Positions 30,401 to 41,400 are shown, counted from the stretch's first letter. The stretch: DNA of 64,000 bases from an uncultured Gammaproteobacteria bacterium (GCA_964518425.1 CAZFGG010000003.1:9634-73633); one strand, 5' to 3'. Notes: a model not told the origin generated them from the letters alone. Numbers and translations are program-made.

Positions 30401-30944
30401 AGGCCCACTGCAAGCCCGTGTTAAACCACTGCGGCGAGTTCGGCGCGCCCATTTGGCGGATCAGGGTGTGTTCCATTTCGTCCTGGTACGCTTGAGCGTC
30501 ATCGGTCGAAAAGAAATAGCCGTGTTGCTCACCCCACCAGCGCCAGGTTCCCGCTAACCGTCGGACGACTTGTTGAGCGCTTCGTTCCGGCCCAAGAATC
30601 TGGCGACCGTCGGTCCCAAGAATTGGTGAGCCGTCAACATGGACCTGGGGTACACCAGCCTTGCGGAAGTATTTCTGGGCGATAATGTCCGTCGCGACCT
30701 GGCTCCAGGTGACTGGTACCTCGACATCCTTAATCTCCTTGACGACCGTTCCATCAGGATTCTTAATGATGGAACTGCGTTTTTCATATTGCAATTGCTC
30801 GAGCGGATCCTGCCCGGCCATGGTGAACTGCCGTTGGATCTTCATCCCCGGTCCACGTTTCTTCGGTACAGCCGCAACTGGTTGATCAACCGACGCTGCT
30901 TGCGTGCGCAAGCGATCAGGAGAAGAGGTGGTGGTCGCGGGCAT
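27441..30944 (-). CDS. nrdJ: Class II (AdoCbl-dependent) ribonucleotide reductase
   Basis: [48 protein letters not shown]-terminal TSCPD-like domain and Zn ribbon. Confidence 0.95.
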   Translation of the reverse strand: MPATTTSSPDRLRTQAASVDQPVAAVPKKRGPGMKIQRQFTMAGQDPLEQLQYEKRSSIIKNPDGTVVKEIKDVEVPVTWSQVATDIIAQKYFRKAGVPQVHVDGSPILGTDGRQILGPERSAQQVVRRLAGTWRWWGEQHGYFFSTDDAQAYQDEMEHTLIRQMGAPNSPQWFNTGLQWAYGITGTPQGHYYIDPQSGVLKESTDAYTHPQPHACFIQKINDDLVNEGGIFDLVTREARLFKFGSGTGSNFSALRGREEKLSGGGHSSGLMSFLKIFDRSAGAIQSGGTTRRAAKMVVVDVDHPDIEQFIDWKVEEEQKVADLVAGSKINNHELNVIMAVASEENTTDYRKSARLGQAVRHARQRHVPLSYIQRCLALVEQGHDHIDFPTFSTHFEDEAYQTVAGQNSNNTVRVTNTYMDNVERDQPWNLLWRTTRDVAKTVPARHLWDEIAYAAWACADPGLQFDTTINEWHTCPEDGRINGSNPCSEYMFLDDTACNLSSINLAHFYNPETGTFNVDGFKHACRLWTITLEISVLMAQFPGKEIARLSYIFRTLGLGYANLGTVLMMMGVPYDSPQALSIAGSLTSIMTGEAYAASAEIASHLGAFPGYERNKDHMLRVIRNHRRAAYNAPASEYEGLSITPMGIDPKAAPEYLIRAAREAWDRALQWGKDYGFRNAQVTVIAPTGTIGLLMDCDTTGVEPDFAIVKFKKLAGGGYFKIVNQSVPKALKRLGYSDQQIVDIENYCKGHGTLLGSPHINHETLKAKGLTGEDLAKIELTLDGAFDIRFVFNPATLGPDIINRLGVKVDDPSLNILETIGFTKDQITLANEYVVGTMTIEGAPHLKEEHYAIFDCANKCGTKGQRYIAYNAHVKMMAATQPFISGAISKTINMPAEASIEEVKQVYWDSWKMMLKAVALYRDGSKLSQPLNSNSDDDEITALGAVDDDVAEVTPQQVNNIAAMRAVKEKLPPKRVGWTQEAVVGGHKVFLRTGEYNDGRLGEVFIDMYKDGAAYRSLINCFAILVSKSLQYGMPLEELVETFTFTRFEPAGPVIGHPNIKMSTSILDYIFRLLGYEYLNREDLVQIKPNHDDQPVQAQFPGTAVIEKPANVAANNVAMSPSPINTTAVAKAQGFTGDTCTNCGSMKMKRNGSCMLCIECGTTTGCS

Positions 30945-30984
30945 GGAACCGAGTAGTTAGATGAATAAAAGTAAATGTCGTTAT

Positions 30985-31458
30985 TTATTTGGTTGAACCT
31001 TTTCGCTTTTTTTTGGTCAGCCGGTTCAACTCATCTTTGAACGATTCAACATCTTGGAATTGGCGATAGACTGAGGCGAAACGAATGTAGGCTACCTGAT
31101 CGACCCGTTGGAGACGCTTCATGACAATCTCGCCAATCTGCTGGGAGGTAATCTCGGTCCGACCGCGGAGCTGAATGTCGCGTTCAATTTGCCCCACCAG
31201 CTTTTTGAAGGTTTGCCCAGTGATGGATCGTTTCTCCGTCGCTCGACGAAGCCCAGCTTCCATCTTCTCGCGGCTGTAGGGTTCCCGTCGGCCATCTCGT
31301 TTCATGACCGTCAGGTTCAGAATTTCGACTTCTTCGATCGTCGAAAAACGATAACCGCAGCGATCACACTCTCGGCGGCGGCGGATGGCCAGACCCTCAT
31401 CGGTCACCCGGGAGTCCATGACGCTGGTATCAGGATTGTGGCAAGAAGGGCACTTCAT
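30985..31458 (-). CDS. nrdR: Transcriptional repressor NrdR
   Basis: MKCPSC, DSR, IRRRREC..C, ATP cone, VAYIRFASVY. Confidence 0.96.
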   Translation of the reverse strand: MKCPSCHNPDTSVMDSRVTDEGLAIRRRRECDRCGYRFSTIEEVEILNLTVMKRDGRREPYSREKMEAGLRRATEKRSITGQTFKKLVGQIERDIQLRGRTEITSQQIGEIVMKRLQRVDQVAYIRFASVYRQFQDVESFKDELNRLTKKKRKGSTK

Positions 31459-31593
31459 CGTCGCAAAGCAGGATGGTGGAGGTGGCCATGAAGAAACCCC
31501 AGCCCGCTGGTCAGGACCTCGGGTCTGGATGGACGGCCAAATTGTTCAATGTTCTTGGAGTTTGTCTTCGCCGCCGTGGTTGGGGCGGGTCAA

Positions 31594-31649
31594 TCACTAC
31601 ATCTAGTACTGTTATGGGGTAGTATACTACTACATCTAGGGTTGGTCAA
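31594..31649 (-). promoter_or_regulatory. nrdR-nrdJ promoter with two NrdR boxes
   Basis: TTGACC-17 nt-TATACT; ACTACATCTAG cores in boxes at 31594-31609 and 31627-31642, one inside the promoter spacer. Confidence 0.85.
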
Positions 31650-31749
31650 GAATGGCTATTTCCGATGATTTCTTAAGAAAATGACTTGTTTCACGTTTGC
31701 CGAACTTCCTTTTCCGACACATGTCTCCCCTAGCGCTGTGGACAAGTGC

Positions 31750-33291
31750 TTATTGCCCGAGCAATCCGTCCGGCCATGACGGTAAGGGTCGGTCCTCTTG
31801 CCCAAGACGTTGGTAAAGATAGACTCGGTCGTCATGATAGACTTGCCGATAGGCTGGAGATCCATCGAGCCATGGAATCAGGCGATCAAGCATAACTTTT
31901 TCAGCCAGACGCTTATCATTCGTCATTAGTTGGGGGTCGAATTTTCTGGCCAGGATAACGATGTAGTCGACGGAGGTAATACCATTCGGTAATAACTGTA
32001 CCACTGGCCGCTCAGCGAGAAGCGGGCCGAGATTTTGCGTGAGCGCGACCGATGATCGACCAGGAATCATGGCCAGGGCCCGCTGCACCTGGGGAGTCAG
32101 GTGTTCACGCCAGCGGACAATGGGCCAGCGATTTTGCTCGCTCGTCGCCGTCAAGGGGCTGAACGCATAGGTCGACAACACGCTTCCCCCGAGGATGAGT
32201 ATGCTCAGTCCAACATCGACGAATCGGCGTAGCGGCGCCCAGTGCCGTAGCCAGGCCCATCCAAAGCACGTACTCAAGAACAGGAATGGAATAAATAGCG
32301 CGTGATAATGGAGAACGACAGTCTGCATGTTCGGGCTATCGGATAGCCAGTACAGCAGAACTTCTGGGGTAGCCAAGAAAACGATGGGGCTCAGTAATGG
32401 CCCAATGATTCCCAGAGGTAACGCCAGCTGCACCGCTGAGTGGAGATGGATTGAAGTAAAAAGCTTGTGGGCGACGGTAGACGGATGAAGCAGATGACTC
32501 AGGATTCCTGCCAGCCCGTCATCGTGTTCACTAAAAAACTTGTAGGCGAAGCTAGCCGGTAACGCCGGACGAGAGAGTGGGATAATGATCGCTATTTGGA
32601 GGACAGCCCAAGCCCAAGGAATCGCTAAGGCCCATCCAGCTAAACGGCGGCGATGTTGCCACCAGGCCACGGCCCCAGCCAGGAGACCTAGTGTTATTCC
32701 AGCTTGTTCTTTAGTCAGGAGCGCTAAACTAAGCCACATCCAAAACAGGCGATCTCGACGATCAAGGAGTGCGTCCATCGCCGCCAAGAAAAAAGTAACG
32801 GCCAGGGTCACAGCATGAAATTCAAACATGGTGGCAAACTGCAGCGGGGAATAGAACAAGTAGACCAGTGCCAGTATCCAAGCTGGCCACGGTCCGAGGA
32901 GGCGCCGGGCTAAGCGATACAGAAACCAAGCGCCGACGGCAACGACTGTCGCTTGGACAATCAGCAAGAGTTCCGCCGTGTGACCAAACCAACTCAGCGG
33001 CGCCAAGAGGGCCAACACATAGTCAGCGTGAATGCTAGTTCGCGGGGCTGTCCAGCCATGAACCCCGCCCGGACCGAGTTCCGGATTCGTAAAGGTAAAA
33101 CCGAAACCATGTCCGACCCGCCAAACCGTCTGCGTCATGATGCCGAGATCGTACCAGCCGGCATTGAAATTATGAGCGCGGGCAATAGAAAACCAACTGA
33201 AGAAAACCGCGTACACTCCAATCGCCACCCAGAGTAGGCGCTGCATCCAGCGTTCTAGGATCGATCGCGTAAAAGGAGGCGTGTGCTTCAT
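31750..33291 (-). CDS. DUF2079 family membrane protein (GT-C-like)
   Basis: YDLGI..Q.VW, FEFH, KE motif, many TM segments. Confidence 0.8.
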   Translation of the reverse strand: MKHTPPFTRSILERWMQRLLWVAIGVYAVFFSWFSIARAHNFNAGWYDLGIMTQTVWRVGHGFGFTFTNPELGPGGVHGWTAPRTSIHADYVLALLAPLSWFGHTAELLLIVQATVVAVGAWFLYRLARRLLGPWPAWILALVYLFYSPLQFATMFEFHAVTLAVTFFLAAMDALLDRRDRLFWMWLSLALLTKEQAGITLGLLAGAVAWWQHRRRLAGWALAIPWAWAVLQIAIIIPLSRPALPASFAYKFFSEHDDGLAGILSHLLHPSTVAHKLFTSIHLHSAVQLALPLGIIGPLLSPIVFLATPEVLLYWLSDSPNMQTVVLHYHALFIPFLFLSTCFGWAWLRHWAPLRRFVDVGLSILILGGSVLSTYAFSPLTATSEQNRWPIVRWREHLTPQVQRALAMIPGRSSVALTQNLGPLLAERPVVQLLPNGITSVDYIVILARKFDPQLMTNDKRLAEKVMLDRLIPWLDGSPAYRQVYHDDRVYLYQRLGQEDRPLPSWPDGLLGQ

Positions 33292-33304
33292 GGATGATAC
33301 GCAG

Positions 33305-33327
33305 CGACCCCGCCTCAAGCGGGGTCG
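33305..33327. terminator. Hairpin after ftsZ
   Basis: CGACCCCGC/GCGGGGTCG 9-bp stem; no U-tract on the ftsZ strand. Confidence 0.5.
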
Positions 33328-33345
33328 AAAACAAGCATCAAAAAA

Positions 33346-34509
33346 TTAAAGCATTTTCTTCCGGATGAAGGCCGGAATTTCTAAATCGTCTTCGGGCGCC
33401 TTGGGCACGACTGGCGACGACACTGGCTTCATGGGCATGGCTGTCGGTGTCGCTCTCGGCCGCTCGGGCACGCTCGGCATCTCCATGGCTGGAGACATAT
33501 TCGTCGCGGCCGCCACAACTTTTCTGGCTGATCGACCGCCGCCCTTTCCGAACCCTGTGGCAATAACCGTGATTTTCAGTTCGTCTTTCAGTGATTCGTC
33601 GATGACGGCGCCAAAGATAATCTTGGCATTGGCGTCGGCCGATTGGGTGATGACCCGCGCCGCTTCATTGACCTCGTACATACTCATATTCTGTCCGCCG
33701 GTAACGGTAAAGAGAATACCTTTCGCTCCATCAATCGGCATTTCTAACAACGGAGAATCAATGGCCGCTTTGGCCGCATCAACCGAACGATTGTCACCCG
33801 TCGCTCGACCAATACCCATCAACGCCGTGCCTTGTTCTTTCATGATCGCTTTGACGTCAGCAAAGTCGACGTTGATTAATCCTGGGACAGTAATGAGTTC
33901 GGCGATACCTTGGATACCTTGGCGAAGGACGTCGTCGACGACCTGGAACGATTCGAGAAGCGACGTTTTCTTGTCGATGATCTGGAGCAGACGGTCATTC
34001 GGGATGGTGATGATGGTATCAACATTTTCCGCTAAGGCTGAATATCCGACGTCGGCGATCTGACGGCGCTGGGCGCCTTCGAAGGAAAAAGGCTTGGTCA
34101 CCACGGCCACGGTCAGCGCTCCAGCATCGCGGGCAATTTCCGCCACGAGCGGCGCCGCGCCGGTTCCCGTCCCGCCGCCTAACCCGCAGGTAATAAAAAC
34201 CATGTCGCTCCCCTTGAGGATTTCATGGAGTTCTTCCTGGTCTTCTTCAGCGGCTTTGCGTCCGACTTCCGGATCCATTCCCGCTCCGAGTCCTCGGGTT
34301 ACCGTTTTGCCAATGTGGACTTTCGTGGGAGCGGCATTGTGATGCAAGGCTTGGGCGTCGGTATTGACAGCCACAAATTCAATCCCCCGGATTTTATGTT
34401 GCATCATCCGATTGAGGGCTGAGCCTCCTGATCCGCCGACGCCAACGACCTTGATCTTGGCGAAGGTTTCGATATCGGGTTTCACTTCCATAGTCGGGCG
34501 AGGGGTCAT
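33346..34509 (-). CDS. ftsZ: Cell division protein FtsZ
   Basis: GLGGGTGTG, INVDFADV, C-terminal LEIPAFIRK. Confidence 0.98.
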   Translation of the reverse strand: MTPRPTMEVKPDIETFAKIKVVGVGGSGGSALNRMMQHKIRGIEFVAVNTDAQALHHNAAPTKVHIGKTVTRGLGAGMDPEVGRKAAEEDQEELHEILKGSDMVFITCGLGGGTGTGAAPLVAEIARDAGALTVAVVTKPFSFEGAQRRQIADVGYSALAENVDTIITIPNDRLLQIIDKKTSLLESFQVVDDVLRQGIQGIAELITVPGLINVDFADVKAIMKEQGTALMGIGRATGDNRSVDAAKAAIDSPLLEMPIDGAKGILFTVTGGQNMSMYEVNEAARVITQSADANAKIIFGAVIDESLKDELKITVIATGFGKGGGRSARKVVAAATNMSPAMEMPSVPERPRATPTAMPMKPVSSPVVPKAPEDDLEIPAFIRKKML

Positions 34510-34587
34510 GATGGAATTAGTCTACCAAAGTCATCAGGGTTGAGCAACTGGTCCCGGGCCAACTGAACACCAGAAGTGTTCAAGCCC

Positions 34588-34695
34588 TTACCGAACGGCT
34601 AGCCACCACACAAACATGAACGCCATGACAGCCAGCAACGAAATAACGGCCGGGGTCAGGGTATCGGTTTTTTTGACTGACGGTTTGTTTGCCAT
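34588..34695 (-). CDS. Putative 35-aa single-TM peptide MANKPSVKKTDTLTPAVISLLAVMAFMFVWWLAVR
   Basis: Translated by hand; fills the ftsA-ftsZ gap; basic N-terminus followed by a TM helix. Confidence 0.6.
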   Translation of the reverse strand: MANKPSVKKTDTLTPAVISLLAVMAFMFVWWLAVR

Positions 34696-34717
34696 AGGCA
34701 CAATGAGTGAATAAAGA

Positions 34718-35965
34718 TTATGGAAGGAAGCCTTTAAACCACTTACGCATCGTATCGACCGTATCGGTCACGGCCGTCAATCGACCAGGTAGGGCGCGAA
34801 GTAATCCGCCTGAACCGCCACTGTTCCCCGCCGCCCAGCTCGCTAACCCGAGAGCCGTGGTGAATGCTGGGTCATTGATTTTGTCGATAGCGCTGCTATA
34901 TCCTTCTGGGAAGCCGATACTCGCCGGCAATCGGAATTCTCGTTTGGCCACGTCGACCATGCCGGGTAATTTTGCTCCGCCCCCAGTCAAGATAACGCCG
35001 GCCGGTAAAAGCCCAGCGCGGTCAATGTGTTGTAGCTCTCGCTCGGCTAACGACAAGATTTCTTCAACCCGGGCGGCGATAATATCAGCTACCTGTTTTC
35101 GTGAGACCGTTGTGTTCTCGCCTCCGAGCTCGGACAGATTGATATCATCGTGTTTGCCGACTTCGGTTGGAAGCGCCGTGCCGAATTCTGTTTTCACTTT
35201 TTCCGCTAGATCAATCCCAATCCGTAGGCCTATGGCCACGTCATTCGTCACGTGACTCGCGCCAACCGGGAAGATCTTCGTATGAAGAACATCCCCTTCT
35301 TCGAAAACGAGAAGGCTCGTGGTATTCGCGCCGATGTTGACCAAGGCAACGCCCAAGTCCTTTTGGCGCTTCGTCACGCAAGCTAGTGATGAGGCTAGTG
35401 CCGCCAGGACCAGATCATCAATACTGACACCGGTGCGGTAGATGGCTTTTTGAAGATTCTTAATATTCGAGGTCAAGCCTTGGATAATCTGGGCGTCCAC
35501 TTCTAACCGCATACCGGACATACCAATAGGGTCCTTGACCCCGTGCTGATTGTCAACCGTGAACGACCGCGGGATGACGTGGAGAATTTCGTAGTTCGGC
35601 GGCGTGGCAACGGCCTGGGCGGCTTCGAGAACGCGATCAACGTCATTGGGTTTTATTTCTCCATCAGCCTTGGCGACGGCGACAATACCGTGGCTCTCTT
35701 GGGAGGTAATCTGAGGACCATTAATCGCCACGGTCGCGTGCTCAACCGGGACCCCAGTCATCCGTTCGACTTTTTCTAAGGTCGACGACAATGACGACAC
35801 CGCATCATCAATACTCGTGATGGTGCCCTTGGTGATTCCTTCCGCTGGCCCTTCCGCCGCCCCAAGAATATGCAGTCCTTCCTGGTTGGGATGACGTTGG
35901 GCTACGATGACCCGGATAGCAGATGAACCAACATCTAATCCGGTAAACAGTTCGGTTTTCGCCAT
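34718..35965 (-). CDS. ftsA: Cell division protein FtsA
   Basis: GLDVGSS, DPIGMSGMRLEV, ILTGGGAKL, C-terminal amphipathic MRKWFKGFLP. Confidence 0.96.
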   Translation of the reverse strand: MAKTELFTGLDVGSSAIRVIVAQRHPNQEGLHILGAAEGPAEGITKGTITSIDDAVSSLSSTLEKVERMTGVPVEHATVAINGPQITSQESHGIVAVAKADGEIKPNDVDRVLEAAQAVATPPNYEILHVIPRSFTVDNQHGVKDPIGMSGMRLEVDAQIIQGLTSNIKNLQKAIYRTGVSIDDLVLAALASSLACVTKRQKDLGVALVNIGANTTSLLVFEEGDVLHTKIFPVGASHVTNDVAIGLRIGIDLAEKVKTEFGTALPTEVGKHDDINLSELGGENTTVSRKQVADIIAARVEEILSLAERELQHIDRAGLLPAGVILTGGGAKLPGMVDVAKREFRLPASIGFPEGYSSAIDKINDPAFTTALGLASWAAGNSGGSGGLLRALPGRLTAVTDTVDTMRKWFKGFLP

Positions 35966-36069
35966 AAGCTAGACTGACCGATAAGGCATAGTGTCAATAG
36001 TATACATAAAAAATGACAAAAAGACGAGGCTGTGGATAACATGGACTGAACACTTTTTGTGTTCAGTGA

Positions 36070-36429
36070 TTAGAGGTGAGGCCAAAAAATGAGTAGGCCA
36101 ATAATAATTGCCGCCATCGTTGTGATGAGTACGGCTGCGGCCATGAAGTCCTTAATCACTCGGACATAGGGGTGAACCCGCGGTTCCAAGAGACCAGTGA
36201 ATCGTTCAACAATCGTGTTGACGAGCTCTAGATTGAGGATGGTACTGATGACCAGGATAAGGATGATTGCCTCAAGTCGACTGACGCCGAAGAACAGCAT
36301 GGCTAGCACGACCACCCCGGCCGCCACTAGATGAATGCGAAAACTGTTTTCCGTCGCGATCGCTTGGCGCAATCCCTGGCGAGCATAGCCGAAGCTGCGG
36401 CGAAAGCGGGACCAGCTAATCGTTGTCAT
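36070..36429 (-). CDS. dgkA: Diacylglycerol/undecaprenol kinase family protein
   Basis: SFGYA..G, ELVNT.VE, IKD..AAAV. Confidence 0.85.
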   Translation of the reverse strand: MTTISWSRFRRSFGYARQGLRQAIATENSFRIHLVAAGVVVLAMLFFGVSRLEAIILILVISTILNLELVNTIVERFTGLLEPRVHPYVRVIKDFMAAAVLITTMAAIIIGLLIFWPHL

Positions 36430-36866
36430 GGGTGGAGGAGGTGTTCGTACCGTTGCCAGCGACGTTGCTCGGCAGGCGTCTGATGATCCAGGTTCAGCAA
36501 GTGAATGAGGCCATGCTCCAGGAGAAAACGTAGGTGCTGGCGATACGATCGATTGTGCAGCCGAGCTTCCGACCGAATAACGGCCGGACAGAGAATAATT
36601 TCACCCCACAACGCTTGGCTGCCTTCAGCGATCGGAAGTCGCGGATAGTGAAAGGATAAGACGTTGGTCGGTTTATCCTTTCGTCGGTAGGTCCGATTCA
36701 GCTGGCGACTTCTGGCCGGCCCAACAATGCTGATCGACAGCGCTCCCGCATGTGCCGGTAAACGTCGTCGAGCCGTGGCCGCCCAGGATGTTAGCGTCCG
36801 ATCGCTGACCCCGCTGACGGCTAGTTGACGAACATCAATGCGCCCGGCAGGTTTAGCTAGCGACAA
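36426..36866 (-). CDS. ybeY: rRNA maturation RNase YbeY
   Basis: LN..YR.KDKPTNVLSF, HGLIHLLNLDH. Confidence 0.9.
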   Translation of the reverse strand: MSLAKPAGRIDVRQLAVSGVSDRTLTSWAATARRRLPAHAGALSISIVGPARSRQLNRTYRRKDKPTNVLSFHYPRLPIAEGSQALWGEIILCPAVIRSEARLHNRSYRQHLRFLLEHGLIHLLNLDHQTPAEQRRWQRYEHLLHP

Positions 36867-37923
36867 GTTTGAAGCTACGAACGATCACGTCAAACGTGGT
36901 TCGATAATTGACTTGCGTTAATGAACCGGTGTTGTACTGGATGCTGTAAACTTTCGTATCTTTGAACAGATAGGCCGTGCTCTGGTCTTCGCTGTAGATG
37001 CCTTCTAACCCGTTGACCGCAAAGGTTGTTAGCTGATCGGTGTTGGCCGCAGGGTTATTTGTTTTGTACCAGTCCTTCGGCGCTAATCGATTTGGATTGT
37101 CGTTGATCGCGACTTGGAAAAATTCTCCCGTTTGCTGCGTCGGCGTCACGAGGAGTCCACCGCTCTGATCAGCGGTTGCCGTCCAGCTGGTTGGAATAAG
37201 AAGACTGTAGATTTTCCCACTGTCTTCGACTCGCTTAACCAACCCCGACGTTTCGAGCTGACCAGCGCCTTTAGGATTATATCCGAGGTAAAGTTCTCCG
37301 ACGATCGTGCCATCAGCCCGAACTTGTTTGCCATCAATAAACCCATCAGCGTCGGTATCAGCTTTCGCCGCATCGGTTCCGTAAACCGCTTCTTCAACGT
37401 CGGTCAGTCCATCACTATCCGTGTCAGTTGACGAGGGCAGGGGTCCAGTCGGAGTAACAGTCGTATTCGTATTGGCATTTGTGCTGACGTTAGTATTCGC
37501 GTTGGCGGTGATGTTCGTATTCTGATTCAAGTTGCCATTCGCGTTCTCGTTGGTGATGCTATTCGTATTTTCATTGGCCGCGTTGACCGACGTGTTCGTA
37601 TTTCGATTCACCCGGTTGGTCACGACAACGTTGACCGAATTGCTGTTCGTCTTGTTCAGCACATTCTGGAAGACGTACAGACCGGCGAACCCAAGCCCAC
37701 CCAGGACAGCCACCACAATAAGAATAATGACCAGCTTTTTCGTCGAATTTGATCCGGCCGGAGGCCCTCCAGCGGCGCGGAATCGTTCCGGCATGGAATG
37801 CACCTGCGGCGCCATGTTGGGCGATGGGGGCGGAGTCATCCCCGGGGTTGGAGGAGTCATGCCGGGAGAGGGAATGATCGGATTCAATGGATTAGAGCTT
37901 GGTTGTGATTGGTCTTCAAACAT
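36853..37923 (-). CDS. Membrane-anchored protein with Asn/Thr stalk and DxDxDG Ca-binding (TSP3-like) repeats
   Basis: DTDSDGLTD.EE, DTDADGFID. Confidence 0.75.
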   Translation of the reverse strand: MFEDQSQPSSNPLNPIIPSPGMTPPTPGMTPPPSPNMAPQVHSMPERFRAAGGPPAGSNSTKKLVIILIVVAVLGGLGFAGLYVFQNVLNKTNSNSVNVVVTNRVNRNTNTSVNAANENTNSITNENANGNLNQNTNITANANTNVSTNANTNTTVTPTGPLPSSTDTDSDGLTDVEEAVYGTDAAKADTDADGFIDGKQVRADGTIVGELYLGYNPKGAGQLETSGLVKRVEDSGKIYSLLIPTSWTATADQSGGLLVTPTQQTGEFFQVAINDNPNRLAPKDWYKTNNPAANTDQLTTFAVNGLEGIYSEDQSTAYLFKDTKVYSIQYNTGSLTQVNYRTTFDVIVRSFKLVAS

Positions 37924-37934
37924 ACTGGCGGGGG

Positions 37935-38453
37935 TTATTTAGTTGGTGACTGATGAATAGCTTGATTGACATCAAATAGAGTACCACTTCCATTCGGATT
38001 CGTCCCGCGCCGGACTTCGAGTCCATCCGAAGCGCCATCATTATCGGTGTCAGGATTGAGGGGGTTGGTGTGATAAATCTTGACCTCGTCGTAGTCAGAT
38101 AGACCGTCCCCGTCGGTGTCTGCTTGCGCTGGATTCGTCCCGATTTTCTCCTCATCCGCGTCCGGCAATCCGTCGAGGTCTTGGTCGGCAATCGTCGTGA
38201 CCGAATACCGCCGGAAGGTGGGGTTGGTTTTTTTGCCCGGCGTCGTTTGGTTTCCGACCACGACCGGAGTCGCTGTGTTAGATGTCGGTGTCGATCGATT
38301 GGATTGAAGGAGCGGGGCTAACGCGACGATCCCAACCAAAACCACCACCGTCCCTCCTAGTATAACGAATCGGCGGTTACGCGCCAACCACGACTCCGCT
38401 ACCGGTTCGGGTGGCAGTTGGGGGTACTGGCTGGAATTCAGATCATCAGCCAT
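37935..38453 (-). CDS. Membrane-anchored protein with three bacterial TSP3-like repeats
   Basis: DQDLDGLPD, DTDGDGLSD, DTDNDGASD..E...GTNP. Confidence 0.8.
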   Translation of the reverse strand: MADDLNSSQYPQLPPEPVAESWLARNRRFVILGGTVVVLVGIVALAPLLQSNRSTPTSNTATPVVVGNQTTPGKKTNPTFRRYSVTTIADQDLDGLPDADEEKIGTNPAQADTDGDGLSDYDEVKIYHTNPLNPDTDNDGASDGLEVRRGTNPNGSGTLFDVNQAIHQSPTK

Positions 38454-38455
38454 GG

Positions 38456-41400
38456 TTATGAGGAGGTCAGTTTATAATTGAAACAGCCACAACTCGAACC
38501 AGCTTGCGACGTGCAGGGGTTATCGGGCGGTTGCGGGCTTGGGAAGAACGTTGATTCCATATGTCCATAGAGGGAGTACGTCGAGCCATCAGAGTGGTAG
38601 AGATAGACATGGGAATTCGATGGACATTGGAACGCGTGCTGCGGTTCATTCCAGCAGGTCGAGCCATCATACCCACTAGGACAGGCCGGGCTAAAGGTAT
38701 TCGCTGGATCGGTCGACAAAGATTTATTCAGGGTTTGTCCAAGCGTCGCCTGCCAGGACGGCCAGGACGATGTGCTGAAGCCTGGTAAGTAGGTTCCGCT
38801 TTGGAGGGTCGGGTAGCTGCCGTGTAAAGTTTTGTAATTATCGAGGGCAACCTTGACCGAGGCCAGGTCCTGTCCCCGCTTCGTGTCGTTGAGAATTGCC
38901 TGCTTGGTAAAGCTATCTTGGTTGATGTTGAACATGAGCTGACTCGTCATTTGATCATAGATCTGTTTCGTCGCGTCAGAAGCATTGTTTGAGTTGTAGT
39001 CGAAGACAAACATCAATCCGGTCGGCGTGCCGCTGGTACTGACATCCGTCACACCAATGTAGGTTGTCGTGCCGGTCCGGACCGCCGGATAACCGCTGAC
39101 CGAGGTGGTCGCGGCACCAGTTTGCGTCGGGAAGCGCTGAATGAACCAGTCGTAGGGCGACAATATTTGCGGGTTGTTGAAGATCAGAATACCAATGGTA
39201 TCGCGCGATGCCTGCGATTCTTTGAAGAAAAAGCTTTTGAGCCGCGTTGGATCTTGGCTAGCTGATGCATCGATGACTGGGTAAGAGAAGTTCGGTAAAA
39301 GCTGCGTGTTGTTTTGTCCGCGGCAGTAAAAGAGTTTGAAATTCCAAGTACTATCGGTATACCCGGAGTTGGCGGGTTGACCAGGGACATCCCACGGATT
39401 GTCACAGATATCCACGTTGATATCTGTTCGCCCGGTCCGCTCAGGTTTATCGTTTTGATTGAGGCTATTGAATGTCACTTTGGCCTTGGCTTCAGCGTAG
39501 GTCTTGCCGTTGGCCTTGGCCGTAACAACGGCCGTACTGGCCAAGAGGTTTTTGGTCGTCGGATCCATAACGGCCGTCGCGACCGCGTCATTTCCCGACA
39601 GCCATGACCAGTCCCAGCTGTAGACTTGGTCAATGTTCTGCAACTGTTCGCCATTGGCGGCGTAAGCTTTGGCGACTGGCGTCGGCGCTGCGGTTTGGTT
39701 GACCGCGGTCAGGAGATAGGTGTTCTCCAGAATCCCGACGTGATCGAGCGTACAAATGTTCGCTCCGGTAGTAAATTTCAGCGGCGAACCGCCGACGTCA
39801 GCCAGAACTCCTTTATCACTACGCAGCGATGTCTGACCAGCGGTCGTCGTTAAGAAAAATTGCTGCGCCGCGCCGGCCGTCAGTAACCCTGGGCTATAGG
39901 TTATCGTCGATTGGTTATTCGCTGTCGTCAGGCCAATGCTTCCGTTCACGACCGTCGCACCGTCCTGATATCGAACCGTCGAGGGCGTGACAGTTGATCC
40001 GTCGAGGGGCGTGCTGAACGTCACTTGAGCGGCCGTGTTCCGACAGGCGTTTGGGCTGTTTTGGGGCGGCTGGAAACTGATGATCTTCGGTTTCAATTGG
40101 CAACAGCCAATTGACGCACCGGCCGGCAACGCGCAGCCGCGCGGCGCATTCGTCGCATCGTTGCTGCAGACCGCCGCGTCGCTAGCACATTGATCAGCCA
40201 AGGGGCAGCCTCCCGGACCTGAACCATTTGGATCGTTCACAAAGAAAGGCCAGGGGTTCGACTCCGCACCATCGTTCATCACCCGGACCTCGCTATCCCC
40301 TAGCCCGGCCAAAGCCGGGACGGCCGTATCAATGGTCGCCTTAGAACCAATGTCGCTCCAACTATTGTAGGTCGACATGACAACTGGGGTAGCACCAGAG
40401 ATAAGTTTCGTGACGTTCACTTGGTCCTGGGCCGTGCGCTTGGCTGGTTCATCGGCGCCAAAGCGTATGCCGGTCGCGGTCAACGAGCTGTTGGGCAGAC
40501 CATTACCCGGATTGAGGTGACAGAGTCCAGGATAGACCTTGGTATTGACGGTAAAATCATTAGGAGAGGTCGCTTGTTTGCTGTCGCCACGGGTAATTTG
40601 GACTGGGCCCGTCACGGCGTCATTCGTTGGGTCATTCGTCGGCGAATCGAGCTTCGGTACCTCCCGAACAATCCGTTCATTTTCCCAGGTGGCAGCCGCT
40701 GAACCACAAATAGTGGTATTGGGATCAAGGCCATCTTGATCGTCAGCTGCACCGGCACCGCCGAGGAAAGTCACTTTGCTCTTGGCCGTATCATATCCGC
40801 CAAACCAACACCCCTTGATTGTCGTCCATGTCCCGACGGAACCATTGTCTGGTTCGAAACCATTGACGACTGGTGTGCACGCATTATTGACACAGGTTGA
40901 GGCTGAACAGGACTCGCCGTACTTATTTTTCTTGCATTGTGAGTCGTCAGTACAGGACGTTGGGTTATACGTAATCTTGACCGTATTTGATTGTTTACCA
41001 AGTACCTTCGTGAAGACGCCTTCTTGTCCAACCGCCGGACCAGTCGGCGGGTTGGCGGCAATATTTTGGACTGGGGAGGTTCCGGTGATCGATGTTGATT
41101 GCAGATCAAAAACATGTGGCTCGCTGCTCGTCGCCGGGGCCGTCCAATCGAACGTTTCGCTTTGATTGACGATGTGACAGGCAGCATCAACGACGTTTGC
41201 CGGCAGAGCCAGGGAGAACGGCGCCTGCTGGAAGGTTGCGTCTGATTGCTGGATAACGACTCCGCTGATTTGACACCCTTGGGTACTGGTCGTGAATTGC
41301 CAAGTATACGGTGCCGACAAAGCTTTACCACCCGCGGACGGATCAGCTTTCACACCGGTCGTGATCGTTACTTGGTAGAGCGTGTTTGCCGTCAAAGGAT

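Noticed and set aside
27441-30944. Intein or intron in nrdJ
   Set aside because: Continuous RNR motifs; no intein splice-junction or homing-endonuclease motifs noticed
33365-35255. Plus-strand ORFs opposite ftsZ and ftsA
   Set aside because: Antisense shadows of conserved genes
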